From: Eledone cirrhosa
Taxonomy: Eukaryota
DNA: 64,000 bases
Reading direction: 5' to 3'
NCBI GenBank assembly: GCA_964016885.1
Contig: OZ024743.1
Span: forward strand, 204,662,001 to 204,726,000
This document shows positions 12,563 to 21,909 of this stretch, in pieces; position 1 is the first letter of the stretch, and each line of letters starts with the position of its first letter. The notes under the pieces were generated by a model. It was not told where the DNA came from and searched no databases. It saw only the letters and a program-made list of their open reading frames with translations. The translations under genes and the position numbers were made by a program.

Positions 12563-12744
12563 ATTGGCAGTATCAGTAGAGGGTCGGACGCCATGCTTTG
12601 AAGGCATAGAGTTACGGCCCTTGCCATTCTGAGTTCAAATCCCGCCGAGGTTAACTTTGCCTTTCATCCTTACGGGGTCGATAAAATAAAGTACCAGTAA
12701 TGTACTGGGTAATTGCTGGCCTTGTGCCAATAGTATAAACAATT
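12563..12744 (+). mobile_element. tRNA-derived SINE (family A)
   Basis: ttggcagtatcagtagag...gagttcaaatcc...gcctttcatccttacggggtcgataaaataaagtaccag...ggccttgtgcc. Confidence 0.85.
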
Positions 12745-12752
12745 ATTTTAAT

Positions 12753-12827
12753 AATTGTTTCTACTTTTGTGACTATGCTGGAAAGCATGGCGTCCGACCC
12801 TCTACCGATACTGCCAATCCACCGCCC
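12753..12827 (-). mobile_element. Internally deleted SINE (family A), tail-to-tail with the previous copy
   Basis: Tail aattgtttctacttttg is fused directly to head actatgctggaaagcatggcgtccgaccctctaccgatactgccaatccaccgccc. Confidence 0.75.
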
Positions 12828-13249
12828 TTGATTATTTTAATAATGAATAATAAATAATATATGTATATAACATTTTTATGATTTAGTGTTAAAGAATATA
12901 AACTGATGATAAAATAAAAATATAATGAGTCTCCCGACGGTGCGTGGCCCCAAATTAGCTAATTTAACTGATAAGGAAGTCCAGTACTATGTAAATATAT
13001 AGTGAGGAATAGAGTTAAAAGCTTTGTTTGAGTCGATGGTATTTAGAATGGAATGGTACATGTGGAATGTATGGGGCTTTGTTGGGTTTAAAAGTATAAC
13101 GATAGTTAAGGGGACTATGAATCAGTGTAGTAATTTCGAAAATGAACATGTGTGTGTTAGTATGTTGTTTTTATTTTATTTGCTGGCTCAATTAGACATG
13201 TGGATTTGACTGATGTTGATATTCAGTTTAAATTGGTGTAGGTCGACTA

Positions 13250-13702
13250 TAGCAGGAAAGGCATGTTGCAGAGTGAGAATTCCAGAGGATCAGCTTTCTG
13301 GGGAGGAAGGCCTGAGCGTAATGAATGGTTAGTGCGATTCTTGGTAGTTGAACACAACATAGAGGATGAGAGGAGGAGAGACGACCGAGATGTGAAGACT
13401 TGAGTGTAAATGGTCTTAGAAGTCATCATAGAAGCCATGTACAAAATGTTGCCGATTATGGTCTCTTTGGTATTTCTTCCTGTCGGAAGTGTGGAAAACA
13501 ATATGCCTCGGCCGCTGGACCCCAAAGTCATTTGAAAATTCACCAAAACAAAACAGTGAACCAAAGAGAAAGTAATGTTCATCACATCACTGCAGTATAT
13601 TCAGAAAGGAATTTAAATCCTTGGCAGGGATAAAGTGTCATGTTCGTGCCACTTATGTATGTGAGGTGGCAATTCTTGAAATCGAGATGCAGCCATTATC
13701 TC

Positions 13703-13705
<3 letters not shown>
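13250..13705 (+). mobile_element. Probable RTE-type LINE 3' end with degenerate C2H2 zinc-finger motifs, followed by (CA)n
   Basis: SVNGLRSHHRSH, SCRKCGKQYASAAGPQSHLKIH and LAGIKCHVRA occur across frameshifts, followed by a short UTR and (CA)n. A C..C...S.AGL.SH.R.H motif is typical of RTE ORF ends. Confidence 0.55.
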
Positions 13706-13760
<55 letters not shown>

Positions 13761-13942
13761 TATATGCTTTTACTGTAGTGTATATATATATATATTTATA
13801 TATATATATACATACACTATATGTGTGTGTGCATGTGAGGGCGTGAGGGGTGGTGCACACGCACATGCTTTTACTGCAGTGTATATATATTTATATATGT
13901 ATACATACATACACTATATGTGTGTGTCAGGGGGAGGGGGAG

Positions 13943-14017
<75 letters not shown>

Positions 14018-14062
14018 GTGTATGTATATATATAAATATATATATATACACTGCAGTAAAAG
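13706..14062. repeat. Microsatellite-rich module with two direct copies and one inverted copy of a ~60-bp unit around (CA)n
   Basis: cttttactg(t/c)agtgtatatata...catacactatatgtgtgtgt at ~13767 and ~13868. Its reverse complement acatatagtgtatg...tatacactgcagtaaaag lies at ~14011-14062. Confidence 0.8.
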
Positions 14063-14147
14063 TTTGGTAGAAATATCCAAGAGTAAGAGCACTCAGTCCA
14101 TAGGACGAGTTTAGTATAAATAATTACAACAGTGACATAAACACGTA

Positions 14148-14572
14148 TGTAGCAAGAGTTACCTCCCTTGTTGTGACGATCACATCACCAATAGATTAAC
14201 GTTCTCTAGACAGGAAGTAGCTGGAGTTACTTCCCGTTGGAGTAGCAGAACCCTTTTTGTCACTACCGTCTTGAGACCCTATACAAGGGATACTCAGAGC
14301 GATCTCTCTCTCATTTGCCCTATCGGCTGCTGGCCTTCGGCCAGGCGCGTTCGCCGAGTCTCTACTCTTTGCCACCCCAACGGGATAATGTAGCAAGAGT
14401 TGCATCCCTTATTGTGACGATCACATCACCAATAGATTAACGCTCTCTAGACAGGAAGTAGCTGGAGTTACTTCCCGTTGGGGTGGCAGAATCCTTTTTG
14501 TGACTTCCGACTTGAGATCCTATATCTATTGGTGATGTGATCGTCACAACAAGGGAGGCAACTCTTGCTACA
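14148..14572. mobile_element. Mini-element built only from 5' (U3) pieces of the 11901 LTR, with ~48-bp terminal inverted repeats
   Basis: Starts TGTAGCAAGAGTT.CCTCCCTTGTTGTGACGATCACATCACCAATAGA and ends with its reverse complement (14525-14572). A second direct U3 copy starts at ~14389. Flanks are cgta and ggta. Confidence 0.8.
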
Positions 14573-14861
14573 GGTACTTAGGTTTCATTGGGTTCTGGAC
14601 CCCAACTCATTCAGCCTGTCATTATAAAAATAAAAATAAAGATGGCCACCTAGGGTTGATTATGATTTCCTTTCAGAAATATATCTATTCACTACACCAC
14701 ACGACTTCGCAGACAGACATCTTTTACGTATGCCTAAGTATTCATATGAATATACATTCAGATTACAGCTTGTAGAGATAAGTTAAGTGTTCAAGTATTT
14801 ATCTCTTACACCTCTCAACCCCCAAGAATTAGTGCATTTCCTATTATTTTTACATTCCCTA

Positions 14862-15392
14862 GGGCGGAGGATTGGCAGAATCGGTACAGCGTCGGACAAA
14901 ATGCTTTGCAGTATTTAGTTATGACCCTTTAGGTTCTAACTTAAAATCCCACCGAGATTAGCTTTGCCTTTCATCCTTACGGCGTCGATAAAATAAAGTA
15001 CCAGTAACGCACTGGAGTCGATTTAGTCCACTTTCCCCCTTCCCTCCAAATTGTTGGCCTTGTGCCAAATGTAGAAACAATTCTTCTTATATTCTCTAGG
15101 GTGGTGGATTGGCAGAGCATCGGACACCATGCCTCGTAACATATAGTTACATATCTTTACGTACTGCGTTGGAATCCCGTCGAAGTTAGCTTTGACGTTC
15201 ATCCTTACGTGGTCGATAAAATAAAGTACCAGTAACGTACTGGGGTACAAATTAATAGGAGTGTTCCTTCCCTTCAAAATGCTGGCCTTGCTCCAAAAGT
15301 AGAAGCACTTATTCTTATACTCCATAGGCGGAGAACTCGCAGAGTCGTTAGAACGTCAGATATTGTGCTCCTCTGTATCCGAGTTCAAATAC
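14862..15392 (+). mobile_element. Head-to-tail cluster of three SINE family A copies (14862-15082, 15099-15312, partial 15327-15392)
   Basis: Each begins gg(c/t)gg.g....gcaga. The first two carry the ttcatccttacg..gtcgataaaataaagtaccagtaacg core and the ggccttg..ccaaa.gtagaa tail. Confidence 0.85.
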
Positions 15393-16604
15393 TATACTAC
15401 TCAAGAAAACGGGGCCACTACGTCTCCATAAGTAATTAGTGGCCGATTTAGCCTTCATACCACTACCGTAATACAGTTTGTGTCACAGTAATGTATAATA
15501 ATAATTTTTAATTAATGACTTATCAATTTAATAATAACGTCGTTTGTGTTACTAGAAGTTCTGTACGAAACCCTATTCAATCCCATACTTTAACCTACTT
15601 TCATTTAAATTCAACTCAATCAAACAATGACCAGATGTTTATCTGGGTATCTACCACGTCACCTTCAATGTGTCGCTTTCGCTTATTAAATGCCAGCCAG
15701 ATTCTACATATAAAAGCATTTTCAAAGCCAAATTCTTTTGAAATAACTATTTAGGCCATGAATTTCACTGTGTTTTTTCCCCAAGAAACACGTATCTCTC
15801 TTCATTTAACTGCGAATCTTCTCTCACCATTCTTTCTTTATTTATTTTCTTTTTCATCCTCTCTTTTTCCAACATTTTTCTCCTTATTTTATGTTACTTT
15901 TTTCTCTGAAACGTTTTCCCTCTAGCTTCTTCTCAATGCTTTACAAGCTATGGGAAAATCACAAGGTTTAAACACACACAAAAAAAAACTGTTAATCATG
16001 AATAAATATATGTAGTTCTATTTCACGAAGCATTCAAGACTTTACTTTGTATGAGAATGACTTGTTCGTAAGAAAAAGCAAGCAAGTGAACAATCAGGGT
16101 AGTATAGGTACTTTATTAATTGCATGTTTAGTGTGTCTATAACACCACCTTATAAAAGAACTTCCACTCAACATACATAATATATATCGATAGTCGATCG
16201 ACAAGATCCTCATTCACTTAACGAGTGGAGTGGAGATCGTTAAATCGGACCGAGTAAACAATGTTTCCATTGGTCTTTCCAATTGCTAATACTATTTGTC
16301 GGTCGCAACTCCACGCAGAAGGAACAACGTGAAATAAAGTGTCTTGCTCAACAAGGACATAACGCATCGCCCGGTCAGCGAAGCGCCTTCATATAATATT
16401 TATATTACGAGCCGGCTGCCTGAGAAACATTTGTAGTCGGGTTGAACAATGAGTCTCATATGTAACACCTCCACTTTGTTCTTATTATATACACTCTACA
16501 GAGAATCAAAGCATGTATACATATTTTGGGGACATCCTGTATATACAGAAATACGAGATATAATAAATAATTTGTGTAATTGTTTAAACATTTTTGTATT
16601 CCAG

Positions 16605-16740
16605 TTACTGCATTGCTGTGTACGCCAACAAGCTATGGGTGTGAGATTCAAGCGGAGAAAGACTATATCGGTTGCATCACTTACTTTGAAAATTCATCTA
16701 ATTTTACCGTCTTATCCAAGACACTTGGTATCATTTGCAG
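16605..16740 (+). CDS. Internal coding exon of putative secreted Cys-rich protein gene (copy B), signal-peptide end and mature N-terminus
   Basis: Acceptor tttttgtattccag, donor CAG|GTAAGC. Open frame TALLCTPTSYGCEIQAEKDYIGCITYFENSSNFTVLSKTLGIIC, phase 1 in and phase 2 out, compatible with the 18045 exon. Confidence 0.7.
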
Positions 16741-17248
16741 GTAAGCTGATATATTTGCCACTAACTTATAACCTATGAAGTCTAGAAAATTGGCAGATAT
16801 GGTAGAATATCACTGTTATTTTGCAGAAATTGCAGACAAATCTCGAGAGATAAGGAGCTCGATTCTCCATAGTGATGGCTGGTCCTCTAGAGGTATTTTC
16901 CGTGTTTGTGATTCCCACATTCTCGAATTTCAAATCACCGAAATTCACAGAAAACGATTCCTGCTCTGCGGATCATTCGGATTTCGGATAATACCAAAGA
17001 CAGGAATATTCACCACCAGTGCATCAATAGTATCTGAAGGAAGATATCTATTCGGGATGAAAACACAAAGGACGTTGGACAAATAAACATGAAGAAATAT
17101 CTGCATACCGATATGGAACAGGAAAATTGCAATAAACGAATACAACACACAAATATGTGTAGGTAAACGTAAATGAAATGAAAAGAAGTTAATACAAATT
17201 AGATAGTGACATATTCAAAACTAGAACTTACCGTTTTCAGTTCTGTTT

Positions 17249-17407
17249 GAAAAATATATATTATAGTTAATAATAGACTATTAATATGAATATATTATAT
17301 ACATATTTTCATATTAATAGCCTATTATTATAGACTATTAATATGAATATATGTATATAACATATTCATATAATAGTCTATTGTTAACTATAATATATAT
17401 ATTTTTC
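17249..17407. repeat. Nested AT-rich palindrome (two inner hairpins within outer inverted arms)
   Basis: Outer arms gaaaaatatatattatagttaataatagactatt / aatagtctattgttaactataatatatatatttttc. The inner hairpins atagactattaatatgaa...ttcatat(t)aatag.ctat occur twice, with loops in opposite orientation. Confidence 0.8.
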
Positions 17408-17441
17408 TTATATTCTTTCCTTAAATTTCTTCCACCCTAAT

Positions 17442-17547
17442 AATTGTTTCTACTTTTTGGCACAAGGCCAGCAAATACCCAGTGCATTACTGGTACTTTA
17501 TTTTATCAACTCCATAAGGATGAAAGGCAAAGTTAACCTCGGCGGGA
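17442..17547 (-). mobile_element. 5'-truncated SINE (family A)
   Basis: aattgtttctactttttggcacaaggccagc...ctggtactttattttatc...taaggatgaaaggcaaagttaacctcggcggga. Confidence 0.85.
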
Positions 17548-17756
17548 ATAACCTCTATTTCCTCTTCCTTTAAAAAATAATCCTAATAGTTATTTAAATT
17601 TACCTAGCGTCTAAACATAAAGATCTTTTTCAATTTTAAAGTTATCCTCATTAGCATATTCATTCTATGATTCGAAGTTCTCCTTCACTATTCAAACAGA
17701 ACTGAAAACGCCAAGTTCTAGTTTTGAATATGTCACTATCTGTAAAACAACTTTTG

Positions 17757-17818
17757 TATTTTGTCTGATGAGGGCGTACCAAAAATGTTGGTACCCTTGA
17801 AATATATATAATAAAATA
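17757..17818 (+). ncRNA. Minimal type I hammerhead ribozyme motif (probable Penelope pLTR remnant)
   Basis: Stem I tattttgt/ataaaata, CTGATGA (17765-17771), stem II gggcgtaccaa-aaatg-ttggtaccctt, GAAAT-atat-ATA with a palindromic stem III. (TA)n starts about 50 nt downstream. Confidence 0.75.
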
Positions 17819-17859
17819 AATATGGTTTTATAAAGATAGTTTCCATTTATTAATATTAT

Positions 17860-17901
<42 letters not shown>

Positions 17902-18044
17902 ATAATATTCAATCAATTTGATTAGTGTTTCCTTCGGTGTTTTACTTTACATAGGCTACTAACATACATCATGTATGAAGTATACTAAAACCAAATTCAT
18001 GTAAAGCCATGTGTATATCTGTCTAACTTTGTTTTTGTTTCTAG

Positions 18045-18196
18045 TGCCAACCAAAATCACAACAAACAAAGGGTTCTTGATTGCCAACGCAATGTAATGA
18101 AACCATGCACAAATTTTTCTGAGACGACATTTCTTAATGGAATAAATCTCAATATATTTGATGACATTAACAATGAACTATGTAAACACAAGGAAG
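18045..18196 (+). CDS. Internal coding exon of gene copy B
   Basis: Acceptor ctaactttgtttttgtttctag (with a ctaac branch site), donor AAG|GTAAAC. Open frame (S)ANQNHNKQRVLDCQRNVMKPCTNFSETTFLNGINLNIFDDINNELCKHKE, phase 2 in and phase 1 out. Confidence 0.7.
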
Positions 18197-18530
18197 GTAA
18201 ACATATAGATTTTTCTTTTGTTCTGGGGAAATGCTGGGTATTTTAACTAGAAAAGATGTTGTCGCGGTTCGTAAACTCTCATAAGCGCTGCTCTTAAAAT
18301 GGAAGCGAATGAACCTCCGTCTATTTCGTCGATGAGTGTTCTTGCTGCTAGATCAAAGGAACAGCATGTCTGGGAAGTTAACGAAATTCTAGGGAGATTT
18401 AGCGCGGGACAATGCGAAAAAAGCTGGCCCTCTGAAATGCGGCTGCAGTCCATCTGACGAGATTCCAAGTAGGTTTCTCCTTCTCAATTCTACTCTTAAG
18501 GATTGGATTAACTTGTGGCTATAGAAAATT

Positions 18531-18613
18531 AGGCTTGCTCAAGATGGCACGCCGTGTGATCGAACCCGGAACGTAATGATTGTGAACCGAACTTCTTAAC
18601 TACTCGGCCATGC
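18531..18613 (-). mobile_element. tRNA-like head of a second SINE family (fragment)
   Basis: Minus strand gcatggccgagtagttaagaag...ccgggttcgatcac..., A and B boxes followed by ttgagcaag. A related fragment (aagtgtcttgctcaa..ggacataacgc) lies at ~16335-16370. Confidence 0.6.
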
Positions 18614-18835
18614 TGTACCCACGCTCTCAGAATAACATCACTGTAAATGCTAACGAATGATATAATTTAATATATGTAAAATTAAAACCTATGAATTCGT
18701 GTGGATTGACGATAGATAGTCTTTGCTAATTTGATTCGGCTAGATACATGTTATAGAAACGAGGAAATCGTTGGTGTTTCGTATGATTTCTAAATATTCA
18801 ATTGTTAAACGCCTGAAATAGAGAATTTATTCTCA

Positions 18836-19710
18836 GGCTGACCCGTGTGTGCCGGGTGGCCTGGATCTCTGATAAGGCACCTTAACAATGGCAATCTCGA
18901 GTAATATTCCCAATTTTCAAAAAGGGAGACAAGAGATTGTTCCAATTTAAGAGGGATCTCCTTGTTAAGCCTCCCCGGTAAAGTCGATGCTGAGTGTCAG
19001 GCAAAGAGATGCAAAGAGACTATCGAGTCCAAGCTAGCTGATGAACAGTGTTGTTTTCGCCATGGACACAGCATAGCCGACCAAAAATTCACACTGCAGT
19101 AGGTCTTCGAGAAATCGTGGGAGTATTGCCAAGAGGTATATTCTTATTTTGTCACCTTGAAAAGACATATGACCGCGTCCCTCGGGATCTGCCGTGGATT
19201 GTTCTGCAGGAATATGGGAGCGATGGTCTGCTCCTTGCTGCTTAATGTCTCTATGCGAATGCCCAAGTATTTGTGTTCGGATAAATGGTGCTAAATCGAA
19301 ACCATCCAATATGGGAGTCTGACTCCACCAAGGGTGCGTACTGTCACATCTATTCATTATTTACATGATCAGGATTGGCATGCGCAGTTGGTTTGGAAGT
19401 GTAAAATCGGGTGTAAAATCAGTCGACTGGAATTTGCAGAGGACATGGTGTTACTTAACTCGACAGAAGGTAATTTCCGACTTGCACTTAATAGGTTTGA
19501 TGCCGAGTGCAGCATAGATGGAATGAAAATCAGTGTTGCGAAAACTGTGACGCTCGTCTTCTCAAGGAAGCCTGCGCAGTGCACTCTACATGTAAATGGT
19601 CTTGCTTGGGGGTCGAGCTGGATCAGTTGGAGACCGTTGCTGCTGAGAAGACCCACTGGAAGGAGTGTTTGTGGACCCTGCCCCAGGAATAAGTGGGTGA
19701 AGAAATAGTG
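18836..19710 (+). mobile_element. Decayed RTE (Expander/RTE-1-like) LINE reverse transcriptase fragment with an internal deletion to the 3' end
   Basis: Motifs across frames: PIFKKGD, RGISLLSLPGKV, DEQC.FR, LEKTYDRVPR, VRING.KS, GL.QGCVLS, SRLEFAEDMVLL, GMKISVAKT. Confidence 0.88.
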
Positions 19711-19789
19711 CCTCTTAACGTCTCATGATTTCAGTGTGGTCCTACAGATCTGTTTGATTAAGCCATCATCAACAACATTGATATATTAA

Positions 19790-20180
19790 TTTAGGCACAA
19801 TGTCAACAATTTGAGGGGAGGAGAAAGTCGATTACATTGACTTCAGGCCATAATGAAAGGATGAAAAGCAAATTTGACTATGGTAGGATTTGAATTCAGA
19901 ACGAAGGGGGCCGTAACTAAATATTCCAAAACATTTATCCGATGTGCAAACGCTTTTCTCAATTCCCCACCCTAATAACGATTTCTAGTATAGGCACAAG
20001 GCCAGTAATGTTTTTGGAGGGGTGGGGGAGTCGTTTAAATCGACCCCAGTACGTTACTGGTGCTTTATTTTATCGACCCCGTAAGGATGAAAGGAAAATT
20101 TAACCTCGGCGGGACTTGAACTCAGTCCTAAGGTGCTGGAAAGCCTGGCGTCCGACCCTCTACCGATACTGCCAACCGCC
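19790..20180 (-). mobile_element. Two tandem SINE family A copies (older 19790-19972, younger 19978-20180)
   Basis: Both start taggcacaa on + and contain aaggatgaaa and ttgaa.tcag. The second ends cgtccgaccctctaccgatactgccaaccgcc. Confidence 0.8.
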
Positions 20181-20229
20181 TGTAAAGTTTGTTTCGGTAG
20201 TACTGCCCTGACTGGGATTTCAGGATGGT

Positions 20230-21275
20230 ATCCATGGCCCTCGACCGAAAGTCCCCCGGAAAATAGTGGTTAGTTCATTTTCGTCGACAAGCCAGATTTT
20301 CCCTAAGAACAAATGTATTTTTCAATCACAATACGAACGCAGTCTCATATCACGGAACCAAGAGATGGTGTCCTATCAAGGTTAACACTAAACAGACAGA
20401 TCAATCGAATAAGCCTCATCTTTTGTTTCGAAACACTCTATTTCTGAGCTTTCCTAGGCGGCTTAGAATTTTTGCGTATCGTGTGCAGCTGTTAGAAATA
20501 ATAGTGCCAATATATCTAATTTGGAAAGGGTGTGAACCATTGCTTCTGTTATACTGAGGAAGTGCTGAACATAAAGTGCATTGCGGCCCCATTGATAGAT
20601 GACCTCAGTTTCCTGGACGTTAATCGACATGTGCATTTTTTTCTAATCTGGAACGACTGTCAAAATTTCGTACCCCACACATTTTAGATTGTGAGAAATC
20701 GGAGCACAGACTGCTGTTCAATGATTTGTTCCGATTTGTGCTAGGACTTACAACCTTTTGGTATTGAAAATACTCTTGTGGTGTCGGAAAGTTAATGGTA
20801 CTTCCACCTCCCTTTTTGTTCTTCCGTGTAAACAGTGTGATCATAAAGATTACGGTGATATTAAATAGAACAAGAGGCAATTTCTTGACTCTTGTGTCTA
20901 GATGGAAGTGCTCAAACCTTTGTTCCTCTCCAGTAACTCGAATCACACACATTCTGATTTAGAGGTTGGGGATCTAAATTTCATATTCTTTTACTTTGTT
21001 TTTTTTTTGCAAAAGCCACCCCTTAGGATTGGTGTGTTGTTCTCTCGTTGATGAATTAATCATTTGAGCATCACCTCTACGGATTCTTCAAAGCAGCGGA
21101 CAGGAGTGATGTACCCTTGTATTAAAACAAATTGATTTATCTCTCTTTTTGTAGATAGAGAAGACGTTAGCATCCTTACAATTTTGACACATATACATTA
21201 ATTCCATACCTTTATGACATAGTAATGAGGGTCTCAGATGTAGACATAATCTCATCCATTCAACATCTCTGCTGG
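20230..21275 (-). mobile_element. Heavily decayed RTE/BovB-like LINE RT fragment
   Basis: Colinear minus-strand motifs: QNCKDANVFSIYKKRDKSIC.N, VIRVTG...FHLDTRVKK..LVLFNI, NVQETEVIYQ, RYIGTIISN...SRLGKLRNRVFRN. Confidence 0.65.
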
Positions 21276-21276
21276 A

Positions 21277-21281
21277 ACACG

Positions 21282-21377
<96 letters not shown>

Positions 21378-21462
21378 CACATACACACACATTCACAAAC
21401 AAACACCACATATACATGCATACGCATACAAACACACACGCACACACATACACACACACACG
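21277..21462. repeat. (CA)n microsatellite, degenerate at its 3' side
   Basis: Directly visible. Confidence 0.95.
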
Positions 21463-21518
21463 AAGAAATTGTTGCAAAATAATTGCTTAGATCTTAATTT
21501 TGGATAATTCTATTTCAG

Positions 21519-21666
21519 TCGTATTATCCGGTCTCCGATGTTACACAGAAAATATAAAAAAGGTACATGTTCAGTTAGATACTCTCGCTAGCAGTTTGCA
21601 TTCCATAAGGCAGCTGGTGATATCTAAGGAAGGGGATAGTGATGAATTCCTCAAAGAGAAATGTCC
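21519..21666 (+). CDS. Internal coding exon of gene copy B
   Basis: Acceptor aattctatttcag, donor CC|GTACGT. Phase 1 in continues KHKE-(V)VLSGLRCYTENIKKVHVQLDTLASSLHSIRQLVISKEGDSDEFLKEKCP, phase 2 out. It lies in the frame of ORF 21500-21784. Confidence 0.65.
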
Positions 21667-21784
21667 GTACGTAAAGCCAACATATTTCAATATCATAATA
21701 ATATTTAATAGGGGATTGTTTATGTTTGAATGCAAGAGAATCATGCAGTATTTTGTCCAACTTCACAACTTTATATATAAATAA

Positions 21785-21870
<86 letters not shown>

Positions 21871-21909
21871 GTATATATTATATATATATATATATAAATA
21901 TATAAATGT

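Noticed and set aside
12563-12650. tRNA genes at A/B-box motifs
   Set aside because: No full cloverleaf; each continues into the SINE core and tail.
16500-16545. Tc1/mariner TIR-like end (ttttggggacatcctg-ta)
   Set aside because: Only one end was seen, with no partner TIR or transposase in the window.
16775-17086. 103-aa ORF as a gene
   Set aside because: It lies in a predicted intron, with no recognisable motif or splice support.
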